Shown here one piece after another: positions 15,917 to 25,473 of a stretch of DNA of 32,000 bases; within the stretch, counting starts at the first letter, position 1; each line of letters begins with the position of its first letter. The notes beneath the pieces are model-generated. The model did not search any database, was not told where the DNA came from, and saw nothing but the letters and a program-made list of their open reading frames with translations. Position numbers and translations under genes: made by a program. This stretch comes from Thermodesulfobacterium commune DSM 2178 (GTDB taxonomy: Bacteria > Desulfobacterota > Thermodesulfobacteria > Thermodesulfobacteriales > Thermodesulfobacteriaceae): positions 1,350,001 through 1,382,000 of the forward strand of contig NZ_CP008796.1 of NCBI RefSeq assembly GCF_000734015.1, written 5' to 3'.

Positions 15917-16936
15917 ATGACTTGGGAAGAGGTGAAAAAGAATGCTAAAGAAAAACTAAAAGGATTTTGCAGGGTTTGTCCGGTGTGTAATGGAGTTGCC
16001 TGTGCAGGTGAGGTGCCTGGGATGGGTGGACTTGGAACTGGGTCTGCCTTTAAGGCTAATTTAGAGGCCTTAAACCGTTATAAATTTAACCTTACTGCAA
16101 TTCACGAGGTTAAAACCCCTTCTACCGAAACGGAATTATTTGGTCAAACCTTAACCCTTCCTGTTATGGCAGCACCTATAACCGGGACTACCTATAACAT
16201 GGGAGGTGCTATCACCGAAGATGTTTATACCGAAGAGGTTATAGCTGGGTCTCTTATGGCTGGAACCATCGGATGGACAGGAGATGGTGCAGACCCGTTG
16301 ATGTATTCAAGTGGTATAAATGCCATTAAAAAGTTTGATGGCAAAGGTATCCCTATCATCAAACCAAGGTCTCAAGAAGAAATAATCAAAAGGATCCGTA
16401 TGGCAGAAGAAGCAGGCGCTTTAGCAGTTGGGGTAGACATAGACGGTGCAGGGCTTATTACCATGGCTTTAAAAGGACAACCTGTAAGTCCTAAAACTCC
16501 TAAGGAAATCGAAGAGTTGGTAAAAGCTACCTCTTTACCCTTTGTACTCAAAGGTATCATGACAGTAAAAGATGCTGAGATTGCTTATAACTGTGGGGTT
16601 TCGTGTATAGTGGTTTCTAACCATGGAGGAAGGGTTTTAGACCATACACCAGGAGTGGCTGATGTTTTGCCAGAAATCACCGCAAGGTTTAAAGGGAAAA
16701 TGACCATCATCGCAGACGGTGGGGTAAGAAGTGGGGCAGATGTGTTAAAACTACTTGCCCTTGGGGCTGATGCGGTGCTTATAGGGAGACCTGTTGTCAT
16801 AGCTGTTTTTGGTGGGATGAGAGAAGGTCTTAAGATCTACTTTGATAAAATAAAAAACGAACTTATTCAAACCATGTTGTTAACTGGAGTAGCTTCAGTA
16901 AAGAACGTGCCATCAAACATCTTGGTAAAAATTTAA
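15917..16936 (+). CDS. FMN-dependent alpha-hydroxy acid dehydrogenase/oxidase family protein (lactate/glycolate type)
   Basis: 339-aa ORF. It has TIM-barrel FMN blocks (VVSNHGGR, ADGGVRSGADVLKLLALGADAV) and an N-terminal Cys-rich CRVCPVCNGVAC segment seen in the anaerobe subgroup. Confidence 0.8.
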   Translation: MTWEEVKKNAKEKLKGFCRVCPVCNGVACAGEVPGMGGLGTGSAFKANLEALNRYKFNLTAIHEVKTPSTETELFGQTLTLPVMAAPITGTTYNMGGAITEDVYTEEVIAGSLMAGTIGWTGDGADPLMYSSGINAIKKFDGKGIPIIKPRSQEEIIKRIRMAEEAGALAVGVDIDGAGLITMALKGQPVSPKTPKEIEELVKATSLPFVLKGIMTVKDAEIAYNCGVSCIVVSNHGGRVLDHTPGVADVLPEITARFKGKMTIIADGGVRSGADVLKLLALGADAVLIGRPVVIAVFGGMREGLKIYFDKIKNELIQTMLLTGVASVKNVPSNILVKI

Positions 16937-16944
16937 AAACTTAT

Positions 16945-16980
16945 TCAGGTCAGAGGTGCCATGAAGGGCCTCTGACCTGA
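16945..16980. terminator. Hairpin terminator between convergent genes
   Basis: A perfect 12-bp inverted repeat, TCAGGTCAGAGG (16945-16956) / CCTCTGACCTGA (16969-16980), with a 12-nt loop. On the minus strand it is followed by AUAAGUUUUU, so it probably ends the lactate operon. The A-tract on the other side may give weaker plus-strand function. Confidence 0.6.
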
Positions 16981-16991
16981 AATATCAAAAA

Positions 16992-17423
16992 TTAAGGTTG
17001 CCAGAGATACAAACCTGTTAGCTCGTCAAAACCTCTTTGAAAAGCCTCTCCTTCAAACTCTACGATCTCAAACTCAAAGGCAAACACCTCAGAACCTTCA
17101 AAAAGATGACCTCCGACGACAGTAAAATCTTCTTTACCTAAAACTACGTGAAGATGCACAAAAGAGGTTCCGTCTTTAACTGAAACGTTTCCTTTTAGAC
17201 TTAGAACCTCCATAGGTTGTTCAAAACTTTTTATCACATATTCCCTTTTTATTTGGTCATAGTATCCTATCGTAGCCCTGGTTACAGCCCCAATCCCTGA
17301 AACCATACCGGCTTTAATACCCAATTCGTTAACTTTTTGGGTTAACCACCTGAAAAGATCCTCTCCTTTGGGAACCCTTCCCTGAAAAATTCTCTTTACT
17401 CTGTATTCTTTTATAATTTCCAT
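16992..17423 (-). CDS. PPC (DUF296) domain protein
   Basis: 143-aa ORF. GIGAVTRATIGYYD ... FVHLHVVLG ... VVGGHL are the conserved strands of the PPC/DUF296 fold as I recall it. The start is 3 nt after the upstream stop, so it is co-transcribed with the lut genes. Confidence 0.65.
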   Translation of the reverse strand: MEIIKEYRVKRIFQGRVPKGEDLFRWLTQKVNELGIKAGMVSGIGAVTRATIGYYDQIKREYVIKSFEQPMEVLSLKGNVSVKDGTSFVHLHVVLGKEDFTVVGGHLFEGSEVFAFEFEIVEFEGEAFQRGFDELTGLYLWQP

Positions 17424-17426
17424 GGT

Positions 17427-17843
17427 TTACAACCTCTCTGCAAGAACTTCTAATGAATGTTTTACCTTAAAGGCTAACCCTTTTTTATCAGCCCCACCCC
17501 TTATCTGCATGATACATCCAGGGCAGTCAGTACATACAAGATTTGCCCCTGTATCCTGTATGTTTTTCAGTTTTCTTTCAAGGATTTTTACCGAGATCTC
17601 TGGAAATTTTAAAGAATAAGAACCTCCCATACCACAGCATATATCTGACTCAAACATCTCTTTGAGCTTAAGCCCTGCTTTTTGTAAAGATTCCCTTGGC
17701 TCTTGCCAGATGTTTAACGAACGCTTTAGATGACATGGATCATGATAGGTGAATTCCTCTTCTAAAGGCTTACTAAAGGTGATTCTACCTTCCTTGATAA
17801 GCTTATGGATAAAATATGAAGCATCTATCACTTTTTCTGCCAT
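17427..17843 (-). CDS. LutA/GlcF-type CCG-domain fragment (second cysteine-rich domain), the C-terminal piece of a frameshifted lutB-lutA fusion
   Basis: 138-aa ORF with YHDPCHLKRS, DICCGMGGSY and TDCPGC (CCG domain). It overlaps the upstream ORF by 16 nt in the -1 frame. See the frameshift finding. Confidence 0.7.
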   Translation of the reverse strand: MAEKVIDASYFIHKLIKEGRITFSKPLEEEFTYHDPCHLKRSLNIWQEPRESLQKAGLKLKEMFESDICCGMGGSYSLKFPEISVKILERKLKNIQDTGANLVCTDCPGCIMQIRGGADKKGLAFKVKHSLEVLAERL

Positions 17844-19543
17844 TTTTCTGCCTTTGCGATAAGCTCCGGAGAAACTTTTTGATTCCTTAGGGCCAACAAG
17901 CCTTTCTTCTTTAAAACCAGAGTACAGGTGGGACAGGCTGAAAGGATAAAATCTGGATTTTCCTGTTCTAAAGCCTTTAAGTTTTGCAACATGTTGTTAG
18001 CAGCAACATCCATAACGCCGTTATAAAGGGCAGGTGCCCCACAACAGGTTTGTTCTTGAGGGAAAATTACTCTAATACCTGCCCTGTTAAGTAGCTTAAC
18101 CAAGGCCTCTCCTATCTCTGGATAGGCAAAATCTATGAGACATCCTGCAAAAAAGGCTACCTTTTCCTTGGCCTCTGGCTGTTTTATCTTTTTAACCTGG
18201 TCCCTAAAAGGTTTGTCTGCTATGGCAGGAAGACTTCTTTCTTGGGTAAGTTCGGCAAAAGCTAAAGGCAGGTGTCTTATGAAAGGCCCTTGTTTGAAAG
18301 GTTTTTGTAGTTTTGAGGCCATCCTTAAGGCTGTATGGAAAAGTTTGCGGTTGTTGACCACAGAATAAATGGCCTTTACCTTTAAAGGCAATCCCTCTTC
18401 TTCGGCAAGCCGTCTCCTTATCTCCAAGATCAGGTCAGGGATGTTTATCTTGCCTGGACATATTTTTACACAGTTGCCACACTGGATACAGAGGTTTTGA
18501 ATATCTTTCGTAGCCTTAAGGCCTTCAGTCCAGGCGGTAAGGATGGTTCCGATTCCTCCGGTATAAACCCTTCCGAAAACAAGACCACTTATCAGCCTAA
18601 AAACAGGACATACGTTTAAACAGGAAGCGCATCTGATACACTGCAAGGCCTCTTTAAAAACAGGGTCTTTTGCCATCTCAGAACGACCGTTATCAAAAAG
18701 GATGATGTGGACCTCTTTTTTGGTCCCATCCCAGTGTTCCCTTTCTCCGGTGATAAAAGACACATAGGTGGTGATAGGTTGTGCGGTTGCGTTTCTTGGT
18801 AAAGCTTTAACGATAGGATCTATGTCCTCAAGCTTGTCTACCAGTTTTTCTATACCGACTACTGCTATATGAACTTTGGGTAAGGTTAAAACCAGCCTTG
18901 CGTTACCTTCATTGGTAAAAATTACAATACTTCCTGTCTCAGCTACAGCAATGTTTGCTCCTGTAATCCCCAGGTCTGCTTTGAGAAACTTGTCTCTCAA
19001 GTTTTTTCTGGCAAACCTTACCATCTTTTTTATGTCAGGCTCAACGGCATCGACCTTCTTGGTAAAAATCTCAGAAACTTCATAACGGGTAAGATGAATG
19101 GCAGGTAAAACCATATGAGAAGGGCGCTGACCTGCAAGCTGGATGATCCACTCCCCTAAGTCTGTCTCGTCAACCTCTAACCCCGCTTCTTTAAGATGTT
19201 TGTTAAGATGGATCTCTTCAGTAGCCATGGATTTTGATTTCACTATGGTTTTTACGTTATGAGCCTTGGCTACCTCTAACACATAGTTTATAACCTCTTT
19301 TGGGTCTTTAGTATAAAAAACCTTAGCACCTCTTTTGGTGGCTTGTTCTGTAAATTTTTTTATCAATTCGTCAAAATGTTCTGCAGCATAGCTTTTTACC
19401 CGAACTATCTCATTTCTTATCTCCTCAAAATCAAGCCCTGTATAAACCTTTTCTCGAGCAACTACATAAGCTTCATAAAAATTCGTAAGAGCCTTAGAAA
19501 TAACCGGATTTTCTAAAGCTTTTCTGATTTCTTCTTTAAGCAT
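17828..19543 (-). CDS. lutB: Lactate utilization protein B-like iron-sulfur protein (LUD domain plus 2x[4Fe-4S]) fused to the first CCG domain of a LutA-like module
   Basis: 571-aa ORF. It has the LUD/DUF162 region (KSKSMATEEI...GITGANIAVAETGS), ferredoxin motifs CIRCASCLNVCP and CIQCGNCVKICP, then FFAGCLIDFAYPEIG...TCCGAP...ACPTC (CCG domain 1). The ORF ends abruptly between the two CCG domains. Confidence 0.8.
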   Translation of the reverse strand: MLKEEIRKALENPVISKALTNFYEAYVVAREKVYTGLDFEEIRNEIVRVKSYAAEHFDELIKKFTEQATKRGAKVFYTKDPKEVINYVLEVAKAHNVKTIVKSKSMATEEIHLNKHLKEAGLEVDETDLGEWIIQLAGQRPSHMVLPAIHLTRYEVSEIFTKKVDAVEPDIKKMVRFARKNLRDKFLKADLGITGANIAVAETGSIVIFTNEGNARLVLTLPKVHIAVVGIEKLVDKLEDIDPIVKALPRNATAQPITTYVSFITGEREHWDGTKKEVHIILFDNGRSEMAKDPVFKEALQCIRCASCLNVCPVFRLISGLVFGRVYTGGIGTILTAWTEGLKATKDIQNLCIQCGNCVKICPGKINIPDLILEIRRRLAEEEGLPLKVKAIYSVVNNRKLFHTALRMASKLQKPFKQGPFIRHLPLAFAELTQERSLPAIADKPFRDQVKKIKQPEAKEKVAFFAGCLIDFAYPEIGEALVKLLNRAGIRVIFPQEQTCCGAPALYNGVMDVAANNMLQNLKALEQENPDFILSACPTCTLVLKKKGLLALRNQKVSPELIAKAEKWQKK

Positions 19544-19604
19544 AATAACAACCTCGTCTTTTTATTTTTAAATACTTTCAAATCGATAATAAATCAAAAC
19601 AAAT

Positions 19605-20141
19605 CTATAAATTTTCAACGCAAACAATTATCACCCTTTCTGGACCGTGAACCCCTATGGTTAACACCCTTTCTATGTCTGCCGTCCTACTGGGACCGCT
19701 GATTAGGGTTACATAAGGAACATTAGTAAGATTAAAGGAACGAAGAGCGGTTTTAAGGTCTGGGAAGATCCTACTTTTAGGAAGTATTGCTATGTGAATT
19801 TCAGTTAAAGAAGAAACCAATCTTTTCTGGATCCGGTTAGACACCTCTATCAAAGAACCTGACTCAGCTATAGCCCCGTCTACTTCGTTTATACCTATTT
19901 TAGCTTGACTTGCTATTTCTGGGGTAAATTCAAAGGTAATCTGAGGGAGTTCTGCTAAAAGGTCTTCTTTTCTCTCCCCATCCAAAAACCAGGTATCATA
20001 CCAAACAACTGAATTTTTGTCTTCATATGAGGTGTTTTCTTTGATAAACCCTTTTATAAACTCTAAAGCTTCTTTTCGGTTTTTAAAAGAATATACCTCT
20101 GCCATCAAAGCAGAAGCTTTTTCTTTAAAAAGTTCAAACAT
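19605..20141 (-). CDS. lutC: Lactate utilization protein C-like (LUD domain) protein
   Basis: 178-aa ORF with LutC/YkgG-like organisation (INEVDGAIAESGSL, ISGPSRTADIE). The start overlaps the glcF-like stop (TAATG). Confidence 0.75.
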   Translation of the reverse strand: MFELFKEKASALMAEVYSFKNRKEALEFIKGFIKENTSYEDKNSVVWYDTWFLDGERKEDLLAELPQITFEFTPEIASQAKIGINEVDGAIAESGSLIEVSNRIQKRLVSSLTEIHIAILPKSRIFPDLKTALRSFNLTNVPYVTLISGPSRTADIERVLTIGVHGPERVIIVCVENL

Positions 20142-21430
20142 TATGATTCCCTCCTGTAAGCCTCTGCAAGCAGGCTTATCACATGTTTTACCTTTGCATT
20201 AACCTTATACCTTTGTGTACCTTCTCCTAACTGCATCATGCAGGCAGGACATTCTGTGGCTACCACCTCTGCTCTGGTATTTTTTACGTCTTCCATCTTG
20301 GACTGAAGTATCTTTAAGCTGGTATCTGCGTAAGCTAAGTGATAAGAACCACCGCTTCCACAACAGGCATCTGGTTTTTTCATCTCGACCAACTCAACCC
20401 CTGGAATAGCTTTTAAGAGTTCTCTTGGCTCTACCCAAACCTTCATAGATTTTTTAAGATGACAGGGATCATGATAGGTTACCTTAAGCTTTAACTCTGC
20501 CTTTGGCTTTTTAAGCTTGATAACTTTTAAAAGAAAACTGGTAATATCGTATACCTTTTCAGCCCATTTTTTAGCTTTTGTCTCGTATTCTTGATCACCT
20601 TCAAAGATCATAGGATATTCGTGTTTTAGAGCACTTCCACAAGAAGCACATCCTGTTATGATATATTCTGGGTTTATCCTTTCAAAAAGGTCCAAGTTGT
20701 TTTTAGCCAGCTCCTTTGCCTTTTCTATATCTCCGTGCACCATAACTGGCATACCACAACAGTTCTGCCCCTTAGGGATTAAAGTTTTTATTGCATTTTT
20801 CTTTAAAACAAAAAGAATATCATCTCCTATTTCTGGATAAAGATAGTTTATAGAACAGCCGGTGAAAAATAAAGCTGTAGCCTGAGGGTTGGAGACCTCT
20901 ACCACCTCAGGTGTACTATCCCTAAAAGACTTAGAGGCAAACTCTGGAAGCACAAAGTATTCATCAAACCTCTTTCCAAGGGTTCTCAAGAAAGCCCTTG
21001 GGGCCCTAAGTTTAGGCCCCCGTTTTTCTAAAAAGAACCCTTGCATTTTAGAAAAAGCTTTTAACCCCTTATCAAAAAGAGATGGATGAGTTAAAGCCCA
21101 AAAAGCTAATTTTTTTACCCAAGGTTTACCTAAATCTTTTGCAAGCTTATGTCTTAGTGCCAAAATAATTTTATCGTACTTTACCCCTGTAGGGCAGGCA
21201 AGCATGCAGGACTTACATACCAAACAGTTATAGATAAGGTTCATAAGATCCTTATCGCGAATTTTACCTTCTAAGTAGGCCTCTCCTAAGGCAATCTTAC
21301 CTCTGGCAACTGCACTTTCCTTTACCTCAGTCCCATAAACAGGACAAACAGCCATGCAGTTGCCACACTTCATACATCTTATAAGTTCTCTCTTTAAAGC
21401 CTCATCGCTTTCAAAGACACTTTTTCCCAC
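20141..21430 (-). CDS. glcF: (Fe-S)-binding subunit, GlcF-type (2x[4Fe-4S] plus two CCG domains), partner of the FAD-linked D-lactate/glycolate dehydrogenase
   Basis: 429-aa ORF. It has CMKCGNCMAVCP and CLVCKSCMLACP, CCG domain 1 (FFTGCSINYLYPEIG...NCCGMP...GCASC) and CCG domain 2 (YHDPCHLKKS...ACCGSGGSY...TECPAC). Confidence 0.85.
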   Translation of the reverse strand: MGKSVFESDEALKRELIRCMKCGNCMAVCPVYGTEVKESAVARGKIALGEAYLEGKIRDKDLMNLIYNCLVCKSCMLACPTGVKYDKIILALRHKLAKDLGKPWVKKLAFWALTHPSLFDKGLKAFSKMQGFFLEKRGPKLRAPRAFLRTLGKRFDEYFVLPEFASKSFRDSTPEVVEVSNPQATALFFTGCSINYLYPEIGDDILFVLKKNAIKTLIPKGQNCCGMPVMVHGDIEKAKELAKNNLDLFERINPEYIITGCASCGSALKHEYPMIFEGDQEYETKAKKWAEKVYDITSFLLKVIKLKKPKAELKLKVTYHDPCHLKKSMKVWVEPRELLKAIPGVELVEMKKPDACCGSGGSYHLAYADTSLKILQSKMEDVKNTRAEVVATECPACMMQLGEGTQRYKVNAKVKHVISLLAEAYRRES

Positions 21431-21433
21431 CGT

Positions 21434-22825
21434 TTAATCCTCCATAGGGACTAATTTTCCAGGATTTAAAATATTGTCAGGGTCCAAAGCCTTTTTAAGA
21501 CGTTTCATAACCTCAATGCCAGAGCTACCGATTTCATTCTTCAGATACTTTTTCTTGGCTATCCCTATTCCATGTTCTCCTGAAAGCGTTCCTCCAAGCT
21601 TTAAAGCAGCCTCAAAGATTTCGTCTATGGCTTTATCAAGTCTTGCCATCTCGTCTTTATCCATAGGGTCAACCAAGATGGTGGGATGAAGGTTCCCGTC
21701 TCCAGCATGACCAAAGGTTCCTATGGTAAGATTGTATTTTTTAGCGATTTCCTGGATAGCTCTTAACATGTCTACAATCTTAGTTCTAGGAACAGTTGCG
21801 TCCTCTAACACTGTAGCCGGCTTTATTTGAGCCAAAGCAGGAAGAGCTGCCCTTCTTGCTGCCCAGAGGTTGTCTCTTTCTTGGTCTGTTTCTGCAACTT
21901 TGTATGTTCCTTTATTTTTTTGTATTACCTCTATTACCTTTGTTGCCTCTTCCTCTACCCCATCTTTTCCGTTTCCGTCGACCTCTATAAGCAACAACGC
22001 AGCAGCATCGGTAGGTAGACCTACTTTAGCAAAGTTTTCTACAGTCCGTATGGTCATGTTATCCATAATCTCTAAAGTAGCAGGTATAACGTGAGCCCTT
22101 ATGATGTCTGTAACCGTTTGTCCTGCATCTTCAAGGGTACCAAAAAAGGCTATCATAGATTTTCTGTACTTAGGTGCAGGGATAAGCTTTAAAATTACCT
22201 CGGTAATAATACCCAAGGTTCCTTCAGACCCTACAAAGAGTCCGGTAAAATCATAGGCGGTAACGTTTTTAACGGTTTTTCCTCCAAATCTAAACACCTC
22301 TCCAGTAGGTAGAACCACCTCCATACCCATTACATAGTGTTTGGTAACCCCATACTTAAGACCTCTTAAACCACCTGCGTTTTCTGCTACGGTTCCTCCG
22401 ATGGTAGCCACTGCCATAGACCCAGGGTCTGGAGGATAGATTAAACCATACTTAGCCACCTCTGCATTAAGGGTAGCTACTACCACCCCAGGTTGCACCG
22501 TTGCGGTAAGATTGTCAGTATCTATTTCTAAAATCTTGTTCATCCTTTGAAAGGAGATTACCACTCCTTTACTTAAGGGGACAGGGCCCCCGCTTAAACA
22601 GGTCCCTGCCCCTCTTGGATAGATAGGTACTTTATTCTCTCGACAAAGCTTAACTATTCCCTGTACCTGCTCTGTAGTTTGAGGGAAAAGCACCGCCCCA
22701 GGAATTTCCCTGGGAATCCCTGGGGTAGCATCATAACTGTAGGTTATAAGCTCTGATTCTTTGGTTAAAACATTTTCCTCTCCTAAGAGAGAAATACAGG
22801 CATTTATAAAGGCATTACTTAACAT
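21434..22825 (-). CDS. glcD: FAD-linked oxidase, GlcD-type (D-lactate / glycolate dehydrogenase catalytic subunit)
   Basis: 463-aa ORF. It has a PCMH FAD-binding domain (PRGAGTCLSGG) and a C-terminal FAD-oxidase domain (GTFGHAGDGNLHP, SGEHGIGIAKKKYL, LDPDNILNPGK). Confidence 0.9.
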   Translation of the reverse strand: MLSNAFINACISLLGEENVLTKESELITYSYDATPGIPREIPGAVLFPQTTEQVQGIVKLCRENKVPIYPRGAGTCLSGGPVPLSKGVVISFQRMNKILEIDTDNLTATVQPGVVVATLNAEVAKYGLIYPPDPGSMAVATIGGTVAENAGGLRGLKYGVTKHYVMGMEVVLPTGEVFRFGGKTVKNVTAYDFTGLFVGSEGTLGIITEVILKLIPAPKYRKSMIAFFGTLEDAGQTVTDIIRAHVIPATLEIMDNMTIRTVENFAKVGLPTDAAALLLIEVDGNGKDGVEEEATKVIEVIQKNKGTYKVAETDQERDNLWAARRAALPALAQIKPATVLEDATVPRTKIVDMLRAIQEIAKKYNLTIGTFGHAGDGNLHPTILVDPMDKDEMARLDKAIDEIFEAALKLGGTLSGEHGIGIAKKKYLKNEIGSSGIEVMKRLKKALDPDNILNPGKLVPMED

Positions 22826-24578
22826 AATTTGCCCCCTTGCCTACAATTCTTGAAATGATTACCAATAAAATCGAAGCTACAAAGGTAGCTATAAGTATGT
22901 TATATCCTTCCTGAACTGCCGCTTGTGCAGCTGAAGCAGCTTTAGCAGTCTCTACCGCCTTTTCCCAGACAGGTATCATCCAAGTAAACACATAGGCCTG
23001 TAACATCGCAAGAATTCCCATCAAGAAAGTTAAAATTACAGAATGTTTAAAGGTAAATCTAAAAATATCTCCCTCTTTTCCGCTAAGACCGGTTGCTGCA
23101 GTAGCCACAGCTATAGACTGAGGAGAGATCATCTTACCCATAACACCACCGGAGGAGTTGGTAGCTACCGTAAGCACAGGGTCTATACCGATCTGTCTTG
23201 CAGTAACTTCTTGAAGTTTACCAAAAAGAGCGTTGGTAGAGGTATCAGAACCAGTCATAAACACTCCTAACCAACCAAGGAAGGCAGAGAAAAGCGGGAA
23301 TAAAAATCCGGTAGAAGCAAAAGCCAATCCCAAGGTAATAGCCATACCAGAATAGTTCATAAGATAAGCAAATCCTAAAATAATTCCGATGGTAAGGATT
23401 GCCCATTTAAGAGAATTAAGGGTTTTTCCTGCAACTCTGATCGCGGTAGAAATAGAAGCACCTACTACAGGTATAGAAAGAATAGCTGCAAAAAGAATAG
23501 AGGTTCCTGCGGCGCTAAGGATATTCCAGGTATAAACTGCTGCCTTCGGCTTACCTACATAGTCTATTACCTCTTTGTCAAGTCCAACGATAGGAAATTT
23601 TAAGGTCAAAATCTGGTCTAAAGCTACTTTAACTGACTTAACACCCCAAGCAGCAACAAAAATAGAAAGGAGTATAAAAGGGGCCCATGCCCTAAAAACC
23701 TGACCTAAGGTGTACTGGAGCTTAGCCTTTTCTACCACTTCTTCATGTTCAAAGGTCCAAACCTCCTTAGGATGCCAAATCCTTACAAAAATAGCTGTAC
23801 AGAGGATAGTTACGATAGAAGATAAAATATCTGGAAGATATGGACCTAAATAGTTAGAAACCAAAAACTGTGTAATAGCAAAAGAACCACCAGCAACGAG
23901 AAGAACCGGCCAGATTTCTAAGCTCTTTTTCCATCCTGCCATAACCACCGACATATAAAAAGGAATAAGCACACTAAAGAAAGGAAGCTGTCTTCCTACC
24001 ATCTTGGATAAGGCCATTAAGTCTACTCCTGACACCTGAGCACCAACCACGATAGGAATTCCAATAGCACCAAAGGCAACTGGTGCAGTGTTTGCCAAAA
24101 GGGCTATACCAGAGGCATAAACAGGGTTAAATCCAATACCTGCAAGCATGGCTGCAGAGATAGCAACCGGAGTACCAAATCCAGCCGCACCCTCTAAAAA
24201 CGCTCCGAAACAAAAGGCTATAAGGATAGCCTGAACCCTTCGGTCGTTACTTATCGCGGCTAAAGAGTTTTTGATGATTTCAAACTGCTTTGTTTCTACA
24301 GAAAGATTATAGAGATAAATGGCGGTAATAACAATCCATGAAACAGGCCATAGGCCAAAGAGAAAACCATAAAAAGTAGAAAGCACCGCCAGGTTAACAG
24401 GCATCTTGTAAACAGTAACAGCTATTATTAAAGCTATAAAGACAGCACCTAACGCAGCCCAGTGCCCCTTCATCCTTTTATAGGCTAAAGCCCAAAAAAG
24501 GAAAAAGATGGGGATAGCTGCTACCAAAGCCGACAAACCAATGTTACCAAGAGGATTTACATCCATCTGCCAAGCCAT
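22815..24578 (-). CDS. lctP: L-lactate permease (LctP family)
   Basis: 587-aa polytopic ORF. The N terminus (NPLGNIGLSALVAAIPIFFLFWALAYKRMKGHWAAL) and internal GFGTPVAISAAML are typical LctP blocks. SD is AAGGAGGG. The stop overlaps the glcD start by 11 nt. Confidence 0.9.
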   Translation of the reverse strand: MAWQMDVNPLGNIGLSALVAAIPIFFLFWALAYKRMKGHWAALGAVFIALIIAVTVYKMPVNLAVLSTFYGFLFGLWPVSWIVITAIYLYNLSVETKQFEIIKNSLAAISNDRRVQAILIAFCFGAFLEGAAGFGTPVAISAAMLAGIGFNPVYASGIALLANTAPVAFGAIGIPIVVGAQVSGVDLMALSKMVGRQLPFFSVLIPFYMSVVMAGWKKSLEIWPVLLVAGGSFAITQFLVSNYLGPYLPDILSSIVTILCTAIFVRIWHPKEVWTFEHEEVVEKAKLQYTLGQVFRAWAPFILLSIFVAAWGVKSVKVALDQILTLKFPIVGLDKEVIDYVGKPKAAVYTWNILSAAGTSILFAAILSIPVVGASISTAIRVAGKTLNSLKWAILTIGIILGFAYLMNYSGMAITLGLAFASTGFLFPLFSAFLGWLGVFMTGSDTSTNALFGKLQEVTARQIGIDPVLTVATNSSGGVMGKMISPQSIAVATAATGLSGKEGDIFRFTFKHSVILTFLMGILAMLQAYVFTWMIPVWEKAVETAKAASAAQAAVQEGYNILIATFVASILLVIISRIVGKGANYVK

Positions 24579-24629
24579 AAACCTACCCTCCTTTTAAAGG
24601 ATTTTTAATAAATTTTCTCTTAGTTGTCA

Positions 24630-24657
24630 CTTATACTCCTTTTTAAACTTAAGTCAA
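24630..24657 (-). promoter_or_regulatory. Candidate sigma-70-type promoter of the lctP operon
   Basis: The minus strand reads TTGACT (24657-24652), N16, TATAAG (24635-24630), about 50 nt upstream of the lctP ATG. Confidence 0.4.
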
Positions 24658-25444
24658 GTCCAAAATTTTTTAGTATTTTATTAAATTTCTGAAAAAACTT
24701 TAGAGAAAAATATCTCAATATCTTTCTTTCTTTTTTTATCTTACTTTTTCTTGCTTTTTCATTTTAAAGAAACTTCCAAAAAACTTAATAACCCTAAACT
24801 GCCAACAGGAATTTATGATCATTCATGATTCCCCTATTTTTCAGTTGCTCTAAGGATTTTATAACATTCACCTATCAGAGGCCATCAAACTCTCTTAACT
24901 TCAAAATCTCAAGAACTAACTAACCTTTAAACTTCTTTGAGCACTTGCTCTCGTCGATGACTTACTAAATATCTCCCTAAATATCTCTATAATTAAAAAC
25001 CTTAATAGACCAAATTATGCCTTTACCTGTTTCAAACAAAAGATACTCCCTTCGCAATATATTAAATCCACCCTTATTCTACCCTTATTATGCTTGTTGG
25101 TGAAGGCCATATTTGGAAGTTTTTAAAGAGGATATAGAAACAATATTTTTTATATATGTATTATAAAATTATAAAATATATCTATAAGATTGAGAACATG
25201 TCACCAAAATTTAAAATTTAAAAATATTTTCAAAAAAACTTTAACTTCTTTTGCCCTCCACACAAAATGTTTTTTTGGATTAATGATATATCAATATATA
25301 TTTTAAAATTAAACAAAATAATATAAAAAAGTATTTAAAAAGTAAACTATAAAGAAAATTAACAAAAATCAGCAAAAATTTTTGAAATAACACAAATCAG
25401 AAGAAAAAAATTTGTTAATTCTAAAAATTAGCAAATTTTTCTGG

Positions 25445-25473
25445 TTGACTTTAAAATCGATCTGTTTTATTTT
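25445..25473 (+). promoter_or_regulatory. Candidate sigma-70-type promoter of the acd-por operon
   Basis: TTGACT (25445-25450), N17, TATTTT (25468-25473), about 55 nt upstream of the ATG at 25529. SD is AAAGAGGGG. Confidence 0.35.
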
